A stretch of DNA of 64,000 bases from Clostridia bacterium (GTDB lineage Bacteria; Bacillota; Clostridia; UBA1212; DUPL01): NCBI GenBank assembly GCA_050951325.1, contig JBMNIW010000007.1, positions 1-64,000 of the forward strand, written 5' to 3'. Shown in pieces: positions 36,913-47,681 of the stretch (the stretch's first letter is position 1; the number at the start of each line of letters is the position of its first letter). The translations under genes were made by a program, and so were the position numbers. The notes under the pieces are model-generated. The model had not been told where the DNA came from. It saw only the letters and a program-made list of their open reading frames with translations, and ran no database searches.

Positions 36913-39618
36913 ATGTCATCGAAAATCCTTATTGGGATTGTATCTATAATCATGCTTGTGTTACTTGCAGGATGCAATGGTGAAAACGTGGAGGATTACC
37001 GAATGATGGACGAAACAAAGTGGGATACATACAGCGATACCTGGGCATGCGTGGATGAGCTTGGCCGCACGGTACCAGGATACGAGGAAGTGGGGCCACG
37101 AAGAGAAGACAGGTATGTAGGCATATTCTACCATCTGTGGCACCACAACACCTTCTATTTAAATGGTGCAGGCGCCTGGGGCAAACAAACCTCCGATGTG
37201 ACAAGGATACTAAGAGAAGATCCTTCTGCCCTTGACAACTACAAATCGCCTTTATGGAGGTCGACAACCCCCTTCTATTGGGGCAAGCCCATATTCGGCT
37301 ACTACGACCTTCAATATGACGATTATGTGCTAAGAAAGCACGCTCAGATGCTTTCTGACATAGGTGTGGACGTCCTGGTTATTGACCTCACAAACTTCAC
37401 AGAAGAAACGCCTTTTTTCTATGATTATGAATCATTGATGCACCTTTGCAAGGTGTTTACGGATATAAGGGAGGATGGCGGCAAAACTCCTCAATTTACA
37501 TGGCTGCTTAGGTGGAACAACCTGGGCGGAGATTATGGCATACGACAGCTGTATAACGACATATACTCAAAGAACCTGTACTCTGATTTATGGTTCATGT
37601 GGGAAGGAAAACCCTTGCTCATAGGAGACAAGAGCTCCCTGGACCCTGTAAAAGACAAGGAAATCATCGACTTCTTCACATGGAGGTCCGCTCACCCTGA
37701 GTATACAGCACCTGACGAGGAAAACGACTGGGCTTGGAACAGTATTTATCCTCAATATCCAGCATACACAAGCACAAATGACAGGGAGGAAGTTGCGGTG
37801 GGCACCGCCCAAAACTGGACGCACGGACTTGCCTTCTTCTCCTCCAGAGATGAAGAGGGCAACTTCATTGCAAGAGGAAGAAGCTACCACAATGGAAAGC
37901 AACCTCTTTTCAAGGACCCAATAAGTAGTGAATACCCATCAAAATATGGGCACAACTTTCAGGAAGGCCTTGACAGAGCACTTGAGATTGATCCAAACTT
38001 CATATTCATAACCGCATGGAATGAGTGGATTGGAGGCAGGTTCAATCCAAACGAGGTTCCCTCCTGGGCAATACAACACAACCAGCCAGCAGGTGGTGCC
38101 TTTTGCGACGGCTACACACCCGAATTTTCAAGAGATATTGAGCCTACTCTGGATGGTGACCTGGGCGACAACTTCTACTACCAGCTGGCTATTGCAATAA
38201 GAAAGTATAAAGGGGTAAGAAGACCGGAAATAGGAAAACCAAAACCAATAATAATTGACGGTAATTTTGATGATTGGAAGGATGTAAGACCCGAATTCAG
38301 AGATGATATGAACGACAAGGCAATAAGAAATGCCAAGTCCCTTGAGAAGAATGTCACATATGTCAATGACACAGGAAGGAACGACTTCAAACTGATGAAG
38401 GTATCCACAGACAAGGACAATGTGTATTTTTATGTTGAAACTGTAGACCATATAACAAGTTACACCGACAAGAACTGGATGCTCTTGTTTATTAAAACTG
38501 ACGATGACAAACCAAACTGGCAGGGTTACAACTTTGTTGTAAACAGAGTAGATGTAAAAGAAAATACAACCACCTTGGAAAAATCATTAGGCAACTGGCA
38601 GTGGGAGACTGTTGCCAGCGACATTAGATATGTAGTTTCAGGCAACAAAATGGAGCTTGCCATACCAAGAAAACAGCTCGGTTTGAAATCAGGAAAAATA
38701 GATATACAGTTCAAATGGCATGACAACATGCAAAACGTAGGAGATGTATATGAATTCATGTTGAATGGAGATGCCGCTCCAAACAACAGATTCAACTACA
38801 GGTATATGGAAGAAGCGGAAAAGTCCTCCTTTACAAGAAACCTCTATACCATAGCAGGAGTAGAAGATTCAATCACATTAAAAAAAGGAGAAAAGATCGC
38901 AATAAGATTTGAAGCTGAATATGATATTGATGGCATGGAAATATTCCTGTCACCTCCAGGCTGGGAAAGTGTTGACAATTCAAGCAGTAAAATAAGATAT
39001 GAAGGGACCTGGGGACAAGCAGAAGAAGTACATTTTTCCAACATAGCAGGTTCTTCTGTTACCTTTGTCTTTACAGGCACGGGAGTAAGGTGGATTGGTG
39101 ACAAGGCTCCGGACAGGGGCATTGTGGAAGTTTACCTGGATGGAAAGCTTGTAGAGGAGGTTGATACGTACGGCACCCAGCTGCTTAAAAAGCAAGTCCT
39201 TTATGAAATCACAGGTCTTGAAAACAAGGAGCATGAACTCAGGATTGTAGTTACGGACAATATGGGAAAGGACTCTGTCGGCACTTACCAATCAGTAGAT
39301 TGTTTTGAATACCTGCCTTCTACCAAATCAGGCAAACAGGGTTTTGAATACCGCCTATACAAATGGAGAAACAGCTACAAAAGCAGCATATCAAAATGGG
39401 CGGTTAAGAAAGGTACCGTTAAAAATGCTGAATTAGGCAAATGGCTGAGCCTAGAAAAGGCAAAACTGGAAAAAGGCGAATATGTGCTTGTTATCGAGAC
39501 AAAGTCTGATCTTTCCATCAATGCCTATGGTTCCAACTACGACAATGTCACGCTTTTTGTTGGTGGAAAGGAGGAAAACGGATGCCTCAAGATACGCGCC
39601 AGATACAAGTCAGCTTGA
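36913..39618 (+). CDS. lipoprotein GH99-like hydrolase (paralog 1) with C-terminal beta-sandwich/CBM-like modules
   Basis: Lipobox LLAGC; YVGIFYHLWH, WGKPIFGYY, RKHAQML, ITAWNEW, EFSRDIEP. Confidence 0.7.
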   Translation: MSSKILIGIVSIIMLVLLAGCNGENVEDYRMMDETKWDTYSDTWACVDELGRTVPGYEEVGPRREDRYVGIFYHLWHHNTFYLNGAGAWGKQTSDVTRILREDPSALDNYKSPLWRSTTPFYWGKPIFGYYDLQYDDYVLRKHAQMLSDIGVDVLVIDLTNFTEETPFFYDYESLMHLCKVFTDIREDGGKTPQFTWLLRWNNLGGDYGIRQLYNDIYSKNLYSDLWFMWEGKPLLIGDKSSLDPVKDKEIIDFFTWRSAHPEYTAPDEENDWAWNSIYPQYPAYTSTNDREEVAVGTAQNWTHGLAFFSSRDEEGNFIARGRSYHNGKQPLFKDPISSEYPSKYGHNFQEGLDRALEIDPNFIFITAWNEWIGGRFNPNEVPSWAIQHNQPAGGAFCDGYTPEFSRDIEPTLDGDLGDNFYYQLAIAIRKYKGVRRPEIGKPKPIIIDGNFDDWKDVRPEFRDDMNDKAIRNAKSLEKNVTYVNDTGRNDFKLMKVSTDKDNVYFYVETVDHITSYTDKNWMLLFIKTDDDKPNWQGYNFVVNRVDVKENTTTLEKSLGNWQWETVASDIRYVVSGNKMELAIPRKQLGLKSGKIDIQFKWHDNMQNVGDVYEFMLNGDAAPNNRFNYRYMEEAEKSSFTRNLYTIAGVEDSITLKKGEKIAIRFEAEYDIDGMEIFLSPPGWESVDNSSSKIRYEGTWGQAEEVHFSNIAGSSVTFVFTGTGVRWIGDKAPDRGIVEVYLDGKLVEEVDTYGTQLLKKQVLYEITGLENKEHELRIVVTDNMGKDSVGTYQSVDCFEYLPSTKSGKQGFEYRLYKWRNSYKSSISKWAVKKGTVKNAELGKWLSLEKAKLEKGEYVLVIETKSDLSINAYGSNYDNVTLFVGGKEENGCLKIRARYKSA

Positions 39619-39682
39619 TAAAATCAACCATTTTGTGTATAGTTATATAATATAACAGAATGATTATGAAAGGGAAGATGAA

Positions 39683-40489
39683 ATGAACGTATTGGTTACC
39701 TTGAATGCCAACTATATCCATCCTCTTAAAGTGATGTTGACCTCCCTGTTTGTGAATAATCCTGATGAAACTTTTCAAATATATCTGATGCATTCAAGTC
39801 TTACAGAAGAAGAAATCAATGACATACGTACGAAAGTGGAGGAAAACGGAAGCAAGTTGCATAATATTACCGTAGGCGAAGACTGCTTCAGCAACGCACC
39901 CACACTAATGCACTATACAAAGGAAATGTACTATAGGCTTCTTGCCTTTAAGGTACTGCCGAAGGAAATTGACAGGATTTTGTATATCGATCCGGATATT
40001 CTGGTATTGAATCCTGTGCGAAAGCTTTATGAAACCGACTTGTCCGGATACTATTTTGCAGCTGCAAACCACAACATAATATCATACACCGAGATAAACA
40101 AGATTAGGCTTGGTGCATACGACATTGAAGCCTACTACAATTCCGGTGTGCTGCTGATGAATCTGGAAGAGCAGAGAAAACATATTGATGAGAATGAGAT
40201 TTACAATTTCCTGGTGAAAAACAAGACAAAACTAATACTGCCTGATCAGGATATTATGAATGCGCTGTTCAGCAAAAAAATAAAGAGTCTGGACGAAAAA
40301 CTATACAACTATGATGCCCGTAGATACCGTTATTACAAAATAGCTACAAATGGCGAGTGCGACATGCACTTTGTCATATACAACACTGTAATGCTGCATT
40401 TCTGCGGAAAGCGAAAACCGTGGAAGGATACATACAGCGGTAGATTCCATGCACTGTACAAACACTACGAAAAGCTGGCAATCAGCTGA
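39683..40489 (+). CDS. GT8 glycosyltransferase
   Basis: MYYRLL, YIDPD, YNSGVLLMNL, PDQDIMN, HFCGKRKPW. Confidence 0.92.
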   Translation: MNVLVTLNANYIHPLKVMLTSLFVNNPDETFQIYLMHSSLTEEEINDIRTKVEENGSKLHNITVGEDCFSNAPTLMHYTKEMYYRLLAFKVLPKEIDRILYIDPDILVLNPVRKLYETDLSGYYFAAANHNIISYTEINKIRLGAYDIEAYYNSGVLLMNLEEQRKHIDENEIYNFLVKNKTKLILPDQDIMNALFSKKIKSLDEKLYNYDARRYRYYKIATNGECDMHFVIYNTVMLHFCGKRKPWKDTYSGRFHALYKHYEKLAIS

Positions 40490-40917
40490 TCCATAATACT
40501 TGCTGCGCTTTCAACAATATCCGCACAAGGTCTGGATTTGTAATATTCTTCAGTTCTTTTTTCCGGAACTGGACTATCAATGGTAATATTCAATCCCAAA
40601 AGCTCTCTACAAAGTAGAGAGCCATTTTCTTCTTTAAACCTTTTTGCCAGATCCTGAATAACCTCATAATGTTTGGCCTTGCCTATGTTATCTTTGGGAT
40701 TTGTGTATCCAAACAAAACTCCTGCAACCACGAACGTACCGGTCAAGGCACCGCATACTTCTCTTAATCTGCCCATTCCTCCTCCAAAAGAGGAGGAACT
40801 CTTTAAAGCCAAATCCTTGTCCACATTAGTTACATCACTAAAAGCCAGAACTACAGCCTGACAGCAATTGTACCCTTCTTTGAACAAAGCCTTTGCAATC
40901 TTTGAGTGTTCAGTCAT
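40465..40917 (-). CDS. C-GCAxxG-C-C family redox protein
   Basis: [30 protein letters not shown]. Confidence 0.9.
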   Translation of the reverse strand: MTEHSKIAKALFKEGYNCCQAVVLAFSDVTNVDKDLALKSSSSFGGGMGRLREVCGALTGTFVVAGVLFGYTNPKDNIGKAKHYEVIQDLAKRFKEENGSLLCRELLGLNITIDSPVPEKRTEEYYKSRPCADIVESAASIMDQLIASFS

Positions 40918-41251
40918 GTCTTCTCCTTCTTCTACAGTGTTTTCCGCAAAAGTCGTTATCATCGCATAAAGTATAGACACCACCTTCAATAACCAGCGGC
41001 CAACCGTTTACAAGAGACTGGGCAAGTTTTCTTCTAGCTTCCACATATATGCTTTGAACTGTGGTGCGGGCAACATTCATCTGTTTGGCGCTCTCTTCCT
41101 GAGTCAACCCTTCCAAATCTATAAGCCGTATTGTCTCATACTCGTCTACGGTCATATTTATTGTTCTATCCTCGTCATACCCCTCCAATGGACCGAATCT
41201 GTTCCTTCTTGGAAGAGCGCAAACCCTGCGTCTTTTTCTTGGTCTAGGCAT
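40910..41251 (-). CDS. DUF134 (UPF0251) DNA-binding protein
   Basis: [37 protein letters not shown]. Confidence 0.92.
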   Translation of the reverse strand: MPRPRKRRRVCALPRRNRFGPLEGYDEDRTINMTVDEYETIRLIDLEGLTQEESAKQMNVARTTVQSIYVEARRKLAQSLVNGWPLVIEGGVYTLCDDNDFCGKHCRRRRRHD

Positions 41252-41398
41252 TGATCCACCTCATCCAATATTTATTAACATATGCCATTTTCATTATATC
41301 ACTCCTTGCAAATATTTAAAAGAGTGACTTAATCACTGTTATTGAGATCAGAGAGTAGTAGAATATGCTGGAAAGACAAATTTTTGGAGGTTTTGAAT

Positions 41399-41611
41399 TT
41401 GAAGGCACAAGTGGACACAAATATCTGCGTTGCTTGCGGCTGTTGTACGAAGGTATGCAGAAGAAACGCAATACACATCTACAAGGGAGTCCATGCCTTT
41501 GTTGATGTGGAAAAATGCACAGGATGCGGTCTTTGTCAAAGAGAGTGTCCCGCATCAATTATTACTCTTGTGGAAGGGAGCGCATTATCTAATGAAAAAA
41601 AGGTGGTATGA
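41399..41611 (+). CDS. 2x[4Fe-4S] ferredoxin
   Basis: CVACGCCTKVC, CTGCGLCQRECP; TTG start after GGAGG. Confidence 0.85.
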   Translation: MKAQVDTNICVACGCCTKVCRRNAIHIYKGVHAFVDVEKCTGCGLCQRECPASIITLVEGSALSNEKKVV

Positions 41612-42176
41612 TTATCTATACATCTTTTCCGCCCTTTATTTATTCCTCGGGCTCTTTCACATACTGTTTGCATGGCTTGGACTCATCTGCTTTATAACTC
41701 CTCTTTTAATCTCCATATTCGGAGGAGGCAAAACGTATTGCAACAAGTATTGTGGAAGAGGACAGCTGTTTGAGTATTTAGGCAAGAAGAAGAAACTGTC
41801 CAGGAACAAACCCATGCCAAGATTCATGACAACAAAGTGGTTTCGATACGGTTTCCTCATTTTTTTCATGATAATGTTTCTAAACATGATATTTACCACA
41901 TACCTGGTATTCTCAGGAGCAAGCAGCCTTAAAGAAGGCATAAAGCTCTTGTGGACATTTAGAATCCCCATGAAAGTTCATTTTGCCAAAAACATGTTTC
42001 CTGCATGGGTTTACCAGTTTGCCTTTGGCTTTTACAGTGTCATGCTTACATCCACCATTCTGGGCATTGTAACCATGCTGCTGTATAAACCCAGGTCCTG
42101 GTGCGTATATTGTCCGATGGGTACCATGACCCATGGCATTTCAATTCTTAAAGAAAAAACACATAAAAAAGCATAA
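41592..42176 (+). CDS. membrane 4Fe-4S-binding protein (Fer4_5-type)
   Basis: YCNKYCGRG and WCVYCPMG motifs with TM helices. Confidence 0.85.
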   Translation: MKKRWYDYLYIFSALYLFLGLFHILFAWLGLICFITPLLISIFGGGKTYCNKYCGRGQLFEYLGKKKKLSRNKPMPRFMTTKWFRYGFLIFFMIMFLNMIFTTYLVFSGASSLKEGIKLLWTFRIPMKVHFAKNMFPAWVYQFAFGFYSVMLTSTILGIVTMLLYKPRSWCVYCPMGTMTHGISILKEKTHKKA

Positions 42177-42220
42177 ACAGAAGATAATATGTGAAGCAGA
42201 AGATATCAGGAGAGACCTTT

Positions 42221-42805
42221 ATGAAAAAGTTGCTGCTTCACATATTTCTTTTAATATTTCTTGTAGGATGTGTAAAAATTGAAGACATAACAGTAGAACC
42301 AACACCCTCACCTACAGTGGTTGAAAATCAGAATGAAGAAAACAAGCAGGAGGAGGGCAAGGTAGTCATAACCATCCCGGGAGCTTTTCTTGCATATCAG
42401 GAGGTCATTGATTTTCTCGTAAGTGTAAATACAAAAGGATATATTGAAAGCATTGAAGAAAACTTGGATGGCTCCATAACCTACATCATTACCAAAGAAA
42501 ACTATATTTATATTCTAAGCTTTCTCAAAGTAAATATTATAAATCTATTTGAAGAACTCAAGACAAGCAGTCAGTATCCGTCCATAAAGGATGTGACATA
42601 CAATGAAGATTTTACGAATATAACTTTTTATGTGGCAAAAAAAGACTATGAAAACAGTAAGGATGAGGTAGCATCCTTTGTCATAGCAGCAAAGAGCATG
42701 GTTTACTCCTTTCTTTCAAACAACAACATTGAAATACCGCCTGTAATTGTCAAGATCAAGGACCATGAGACTAAAGAAATATTAAAATCCATCTCCTGGC
42801 CCTAA
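42221..42805 (+). CDS. hypothetical lipoprotein
   Basis: Lipobox LVGC, PTPSPT linker; AGGAG RBS. Confidence 0.75.
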   Translation: MKKLLLHIFLLIFLVGCVKIEDITVEPTPSPTVVENQNEENKQEEGKVVITIPGAFLAYQEVIDFLVSVNTKGYIESIEENLDGSITYIITKENYIYILSFLKVNIINLFEELKTSSQYPSIKDVTYNEDFTNITFYVAKKDYENSKDEVASFVIAAKSMVYSFLSNNNIEIPPVIVKIKDHETKEILKSISWP

Positions 42806-45318
42806 TTAAAATATTCGTTTGCACTAACTGCGAAATCACCGTCTGTGAAAACGTCGTTAGTCTTAATCTGCATCTGGATGTACCAAAGATCCTTCATAAG
42901 GTGTTCCCTGTCCCTCTCATCTATGGCAAATTCAACACCGTATTCATACAGGTTCTTGTCATGTTCTTTCATCCAGACGGCGTACCCTCTGATATCCAAT
43001 ATTTTTCCTGCCAGGTAGGCAGAAAAATTCATAACCAAATCCCTGCTGACGGGCATTTTCAGATTTGTGACAAAACACAATCCTCCTGCACTGATATTCT
43101 TCACCAATACCTTCGTATTGCCCACATTCAGCTCCTTTCCCTTAAGCTCAAGAATTGTCATGTCTGCAATCAACAAGTTTTTAAACTCCACCCTGAAATA
43201 CTTTCTTTTGTTCTTGTCAGACACAATTGTTGGCTCTTTTGCTTCCGGCCTTACTACTCTCTTCTTCAATATCTTCCTGAACATGTCTTCAGGAAGAGGC
43301 TTGCTGTAGATGTAACCCTGGCCGGTTTTACACTTCAAGTCCTTGAGAAAAACAAGCTGGGGCATTGTTTCAATACCCTCCGCCACCACTTTCAGACTCA
43401 GTTCATGTGCCATGTTGATTATGTGGCGGGTTATAGTTGTGCTTGCATAGTCGGCGCTCAAGTTTTTAATAAAGGAGCTGTCCATTTTTAAAATATCTAT
43501 GTTAAAAGAACTCAAATACGCCAGCGACGAATATCCCGTACCGAAGTCGTCCAAGGCTATCTGAATGCCCGCTTCGCGCAATCTTTTCAAGTCATTAATG
43601 ACCTTCTCGGTATTAACAAGCAAAATGCTTTCAGTAATCTCTATAATTAAGAGATTAGGGTCGAGAGAATGGTCTTCTATTGTTTTAATAATATTTTCGA
43701 CAAAGCGGGATTCAAAGAACTGGACACTTGATATGTTTACACCAACCTTTACAGGTCTCAAGCCATACGAAATCCACTTCTTTATATCCTCGCATACCTT
43801 TTTAAACACCCATCTTCCAATATTCATGATATAACCGGTTTCTTCGGCAATGGGTATGAATTCCATCGGCGATACCATACCCCAGGTTGGATGATCCCAT
43901 CTGATAAGAGCCTCTGCGGCAATTACCCTGTTGGTCTTCAAATCCATTATGGGCTGGTAGTATACCCTGAACTGGTCATTGTCAATGGCTTTGAGCATGT
44001 CTGCGTGTAATTCAAACTGCTTGTATGTTTGCACGTCAATATCCGAGGAATAGAACTTGTATTTGTTCTTCCCCTCATTCTTTGCCCAAAACAGTGCAAT
44101 TTCAGCATGCTTGATTATACTCTCCGCATCGCTGTTATTCTCGTCAAAAAGGCAGATTCCCATGTTTATAGTAACTTCAATATCATATTTATCCACAGTA
44201 AACGAGTTGCTGAATACATTTATTGCCTTCCTAGCCATGGCCTCATAATCACTTATTGATTCCATGTCTGTGACAATGATGGCATATCTGTCTTCGGAAT
44301 AGCGGCAGATATAGTGGTGTTCTCCAAACACATACTTTAGTCTATGGGAAACCTCCACTAAAAGTTTGTCCCCCACATAATGACCTATCGCATCCAGCAT
44401 TCTGTTAAATCTGTCCACCCTGAGCATCATGGTGGCAAATTTATTATTTTCCTTTTTAGCTTCATTGCAAAGTTTGTTCAGGGTTTCCTTTAGGTGAATC
44501 CGGTTTGGAAGACCGGTAAGTTCGTCATGTGTGGATATGTGATGAACCATTTTCTCCATCTCCACCCTTTTGGTTATGTCTCTGAAAGACACAATAAGAC
44601 CGTTCCGGGACTTCTGGTTCACATTGCGTATGACAAGCTCCAGATATATGTTGTCCCCGTTTTTATTTGTATAAAAAAAGGTGCCTTCAGCCTTTTTCTC
44701 AGAACCTTCCGATACTTTTTCAATCATGTACTTTATTTCAATGGAATTTTCCGTGTTGAAAATATCGAATATGCTCTTTCCAAGCAACTCCGAACCATCA
44801 TAACCGATTACCTCTGACAATGATTCGCTTGCATATTTTATCTGACCTTTATCGTTAACCAGAGCAAACATGTCGCAGGATTCCCTTATCAAAAGCTCGT
44901 ATTTTCTTTTGAGCTTGTCCATACCAATGGAATCTTTGCTCTTTGAAGGAATCTGCTCTATTATACCTATTACCCTTACAGGCTTTTTGTATCTATCGAA
45001 TATGGTGAATGTTCTCTCATTGACGTATTTTAGATTACCCTTTGCCGTTACTATCCTGTACTCAATATTATAATCCTCACCGTTAACCGCACCCTGAAGA
45101 GCATTGTTCACACTATCCTTGTCCTCAGTATGTACAAAGGGCAGAAAGCAAAAAAGATCCTTTGAAACAATCTGGTTCGTTTCAAATATATCAAATATCT
45201 CATTGGACAGCTGGAACTCGCCTGTAACAAAATCCTGAGTCCAGCTGCCTGTTTTCATTAAACGGCGGCTGTTTGTGATCTTCATTCTTTTGTTCTGGCC
45301 TTTTTGCCATAAGAGCAT
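42802..45318 (-). CDS. PAS-PAS-GGDEF(degenerate)-EAL-PilZ c-di-GMP phosphodiesterase
   Basis: HDELTGLPNR, SEDRY in place of GGDEF, EALIRW, DDFGTGYSS, PilZ RKYFR...NISAGG. Confidence 0.9.
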   Translation of the reverse strand: MLLWQKGQNKRMKITNSRRLMKTGSWTQDFVTGEFQLSNEIFDIFETNQIVSKDLFCFLPFVHTEDKDSVNNALQGAVNGEDYNIEYRIVTAKGNLKYVNERTFTIFDRYKKPVRVIGIIEQIPSKSKDSIGMDKLKRKYELLIRESCDMFALVNDKGQIKYASESLSEVIGYDGSELLGKSIFDIFNTENSIEIKYMIEKVSEGSEKKAEGTFFYTNKNGDNIYLELVIRNVNQKSRNGLIVSFRDITKRVEMEKMVHHISTHDELTGLPNRIHLKETLNKLCNEAKKENNKFATMMLRVDRFNRMLDAIGHYVGDKLLVEVSHRLKYVFGEHHYICRYSEDRYAIIVTDMESISDYEAMARKAINVFSNSFTVDKYDIEVTINMGICLFDENNSDAESIIKHAEIALFWAKNEGKNKYKFYSSDIDVQTYKQFELHADMLKAIDNDQFRVYYQPIMDLKTNRVIAAEALIRWDHPTWGMVSPMEFIPIAEETGYIMNIGRWVFKKVCEDIKKWISYGLRPVKVGVNISSVQFFESRFVENIIKTIEDHSLDPNLLIIEITESILLVNTEKVINDLKRLREAGIQIALDDFGTGYSSLAYLSSFNIDILKMDSSFIKNLSADYASTTITRHIINMAHELSLKVVAEGIETMPQLVFLKDLKCKTGQGYIYSKPLPEDMFRKILKKRVVRPEAKEPTIVSDKNKRKYFRVEFKNLLIADMTILELKGKELNVGNTKVLVKNISAGGLCFVTNLKMPVSRDLVMNFSAYLAGKILDIRGYAVWMKEHDKNLYEYGVEFAIDERDREHLMKDLWYIQMQIKTNDVFTDGDFAVSANEYFN

Positions 45319-45399
45319 ATGCTGCTATCTCCTAAACTACTAAATAATCTCATATGCTATATCGACAAACCCAGCCAATTCTTTAGTCTTTTTCAACAA

Positions 45400-46647
45400 T
45401 TAGTCGTGAAAAGAATAAAATCCTCTGACCGTATTGATTATATCCTTGAAATGATCCTCCGGACTCTTTGAATCCCATTCATCAAACCTGCTGAAGGTAT
45501 ATCCACTGGAATTAATGGTCGGAATTTCTTCTGCCTTGAACGGACCAGCAAGACCCGCCATCCAGCCTTTTTCCTTCCATCCTTCACTGTCGGATCTGAA
45601 TCTAAAAAGATAAAACTCATATTTCGAGTCTTCGAATATGTTCATAAGTTCAATCTCATCAGGTTCCCTGCCCAGCTCTGTAGGATAACAAAGCCAGTCC
45701 ACCATGTTCGACTCTGCAAACTTTTCCTGACTTACATACTCCTCAGGAAATAGTTCTAGTCTGTTCATATTGTCAAGGGCGTTGTAAAACCAGTTGCGCA
45801 TCTCGTTGCTCTTTGCAATATCCTCAAAGTGTTCTGCCTCCACTTCACAGTTGTGCTTTAACAAAGAAACAGTTGCAAACATCTTGAGCCTTATATCATT
45901 AATTGACAAAAGCTCATTCAAGCATTTTATAACCCTTATATCCTTAATATACCCTGCAAGATCAAAATGTACGCCTGCATAAGACCTTATTTCAAGATAC
46001 TCCTCATCATCCCACATGGAGCCAGGATAGCTGCCAAAATCATATTCCCTCACTTTATCCGCCATATAAAGAATATCCTTCACTATTTCATTCTTGTATT
46101 CACCCAGATAATCCTCATTGACAAGGCCTTCATTGAAATAGCAGAGCAGCACATGATAAATGTCTCTTGACAAGTACTTGTTGTCTATATACTTCAAAAC
46201 TGCAGGGAATATTAAATCTGCATGCCTTGGCCGCCTGATAAGGTTGCCTGCAGGCAGGCCTCTTAAATCCATATATATCTTCCCTAATAGCTTTACATAC
46301 GCTTCCATAGCCTCCCTGACTTCATATTCTGCAAGGAACAAAAGAATGGAAATCTTTGCAGGAAGACTGACAAAATCAAAGATGCCGACTACCTTGTCAA
46401 CATATTCCCTTTGAGGATACTTTGCAACAATATCTATAAGTCTTGATGAAATGTCAATCCATTCAAATTCAGAAGGCGGAAACTTTTGTTTTGACCAGTC
46501 AAGCAATTTAAGGCCTTCTTTGACCCCGATATCCATTTTCTCTATCTTCTTCAAGGCGTCCTCTCGCCTATCGTAATCTTCGTCGTGTAGTTTGGTTAAT
46601 AATTTGTCAAGTGGATCTTTTTCTTTAAACAAATTAATTATACTCAT
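45400..46647 (-). CDS. hypothetical helical-repeat protein
   Basis: ~415 aa ORF, GAGGAGG RBS, C-terminal WLCYPTELGREPDEIE segment. Confidence 0.7.
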   Translation of the reverse strand: MSIINLFKEKDPLDKLLTKLHDEDYDRREDALKKIEKMDIGVKEGLKLLDWSKQKFPPSEFEWIDISSRLIDIVAKYPQREYVDKVVGIFDFVSLPAKISILLFLAEYEVREAMEAYVKLLGKIYMDLRGLPAGNLIRRPRHADLIFPAVLKYIDNKYLSRDIYHVLLCYFNEGLVNEDYLGEYKNEIVKDILYMADKVREYDFGSYPGSMWDDEEYLEIRSYAGVHFDLAGYIKDIRVIKCLNELLSINDIRLKMFATVSLLKHNCEVEAEHFEDIAKSNEMRNWFYNALDNMNRLELFPEEYVSQEKFAESNMVDWLCYPTELGREPDEIELMNIFEDSKYEFYLFRFRSDSEGWKEKGWMAGLAGPFKAEEIPTINSSGYTFSRFDEWDSKSPEDHFKDIINTVRGFYSFHD

Positions 46648-46753
46648 TGAACCCTCCTCACTTTTGTATATACAATACACAAAAATGTTTGTATCTGCAA
46701 GTATTATTATATATAATCCAGGATGTCATGAAATAAAAAGGAAAGAATGAATA

Positions 46754-47671
46754 ATGGAGAACTTGAAAAAGAAAGCAAAAGAATTGCCTAGTGCACCAGG
46801 GATATATAAATTCCTTGATAAGGATAAGAACATAATATATATCGGTAAAAGCAAGAACCTTAAACAAAGGGTTTCCTCATATTTTCATAAGAAACACAAG
46901 TGGGAAAAGGTAAACAAGATGGTACACCTAATAAATAGTATTGAACACGAAGTGTGCGACACCCATCTTGAAGCAAGGCTGCTTGAATGTCAATTAATCA
47001 AATCCATCAAACCCTGGTTTAACAGCCAGTATAAAAACGACAGAGGATATGTGTATGTGAAAATCGGTGATAATTACAGATACAAACCCTTTTCCATCGT
47101 CTCATCAAGGGTAGATGACTCCTTTGGTCCTTTTAGACGCAGGTACTCCCTTAATGAAACCATGGAAAGAATGCGCCACATTTTCCCCATTTGTGACAAT
47201 TACCAATTCTCATACAACATACTGCCAATTGACATGGACAAGGATACCTTCGATAGAAACAGGCAAACCCTTTTAAAAATATTTGGCAGTGCAAAAGAAA
47301 TGGAAAAATTGATTCTTGCAATTACAAACAAGATGCAATTTTATTCAAATGATATGCAGTATGAAATAGCTGCAAACCTAAGAAATCTTAAAGATGGTTT
47401 AAGTATAATAAACAAGGTGCTTTACAGCCATGAGGATATATTGTCAAAAGATATAATTCTCAAAATTCCCATAAACAGTGGCTACAAACTTTTTTATGTA
47501 AAGTCCGGGTTAGTTGTAAACTGCGGTAATAACAAGGATTTAAATGATTTTTTAGCCGATTCAAAGGATAAAAAAACAGAGTTCTGCGATGAGAAGTCCC
47601 GTATGGATTTTAGGGACATACTCCTTTCAGAGCTTAACACGCTTTCTGAAGAATGCATAATTTACGTATAA
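46754..47671 (+). CDS. GIY-YIG endonuclease, UvrC N-terminal-like (Cho-like)
   Basis: PGIYKF, IYIGKSKNLKQRVSSYF, EARLLE, YEIAANLRN; no RNaseH/HhH C-terminus. Confidence 0.85.
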   Translation: MENLKKKAKELPSAPGIYKFLDKDKNIIYIGKSKNLKQRVSSYFHKKHKWEKVNKMVHLINSIEHEVCDTHLEARLLECQLIKSIKPWFNSQYKNDRGYVYVKIGDNYRYKPFSIVSSRVDDSFGPFRRRYSLNETMERMRHIFPICDNYQFSYNILPIDMDKDTFDRNRQTLLKIFGSAKEMEKLILAITNKMQFYSNDMQYEIAANLRNLKDGLSIINKVLYSHEDILSKDIILKIPINSGYKLFYVKSGLVVNCGNNKDLNDFLADSKDKKTEFCDEKSRMDFRDILLSELNTLSEECIIYV

Positions 47672-47681
47672 AACAAGCTTT

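Noticed and set aside
46675-46695. LexA box upstream of the UvrC-like nuclease
   Set aside because: Only a GTTTG half-site; the left half does not match GAAC at the right spacing
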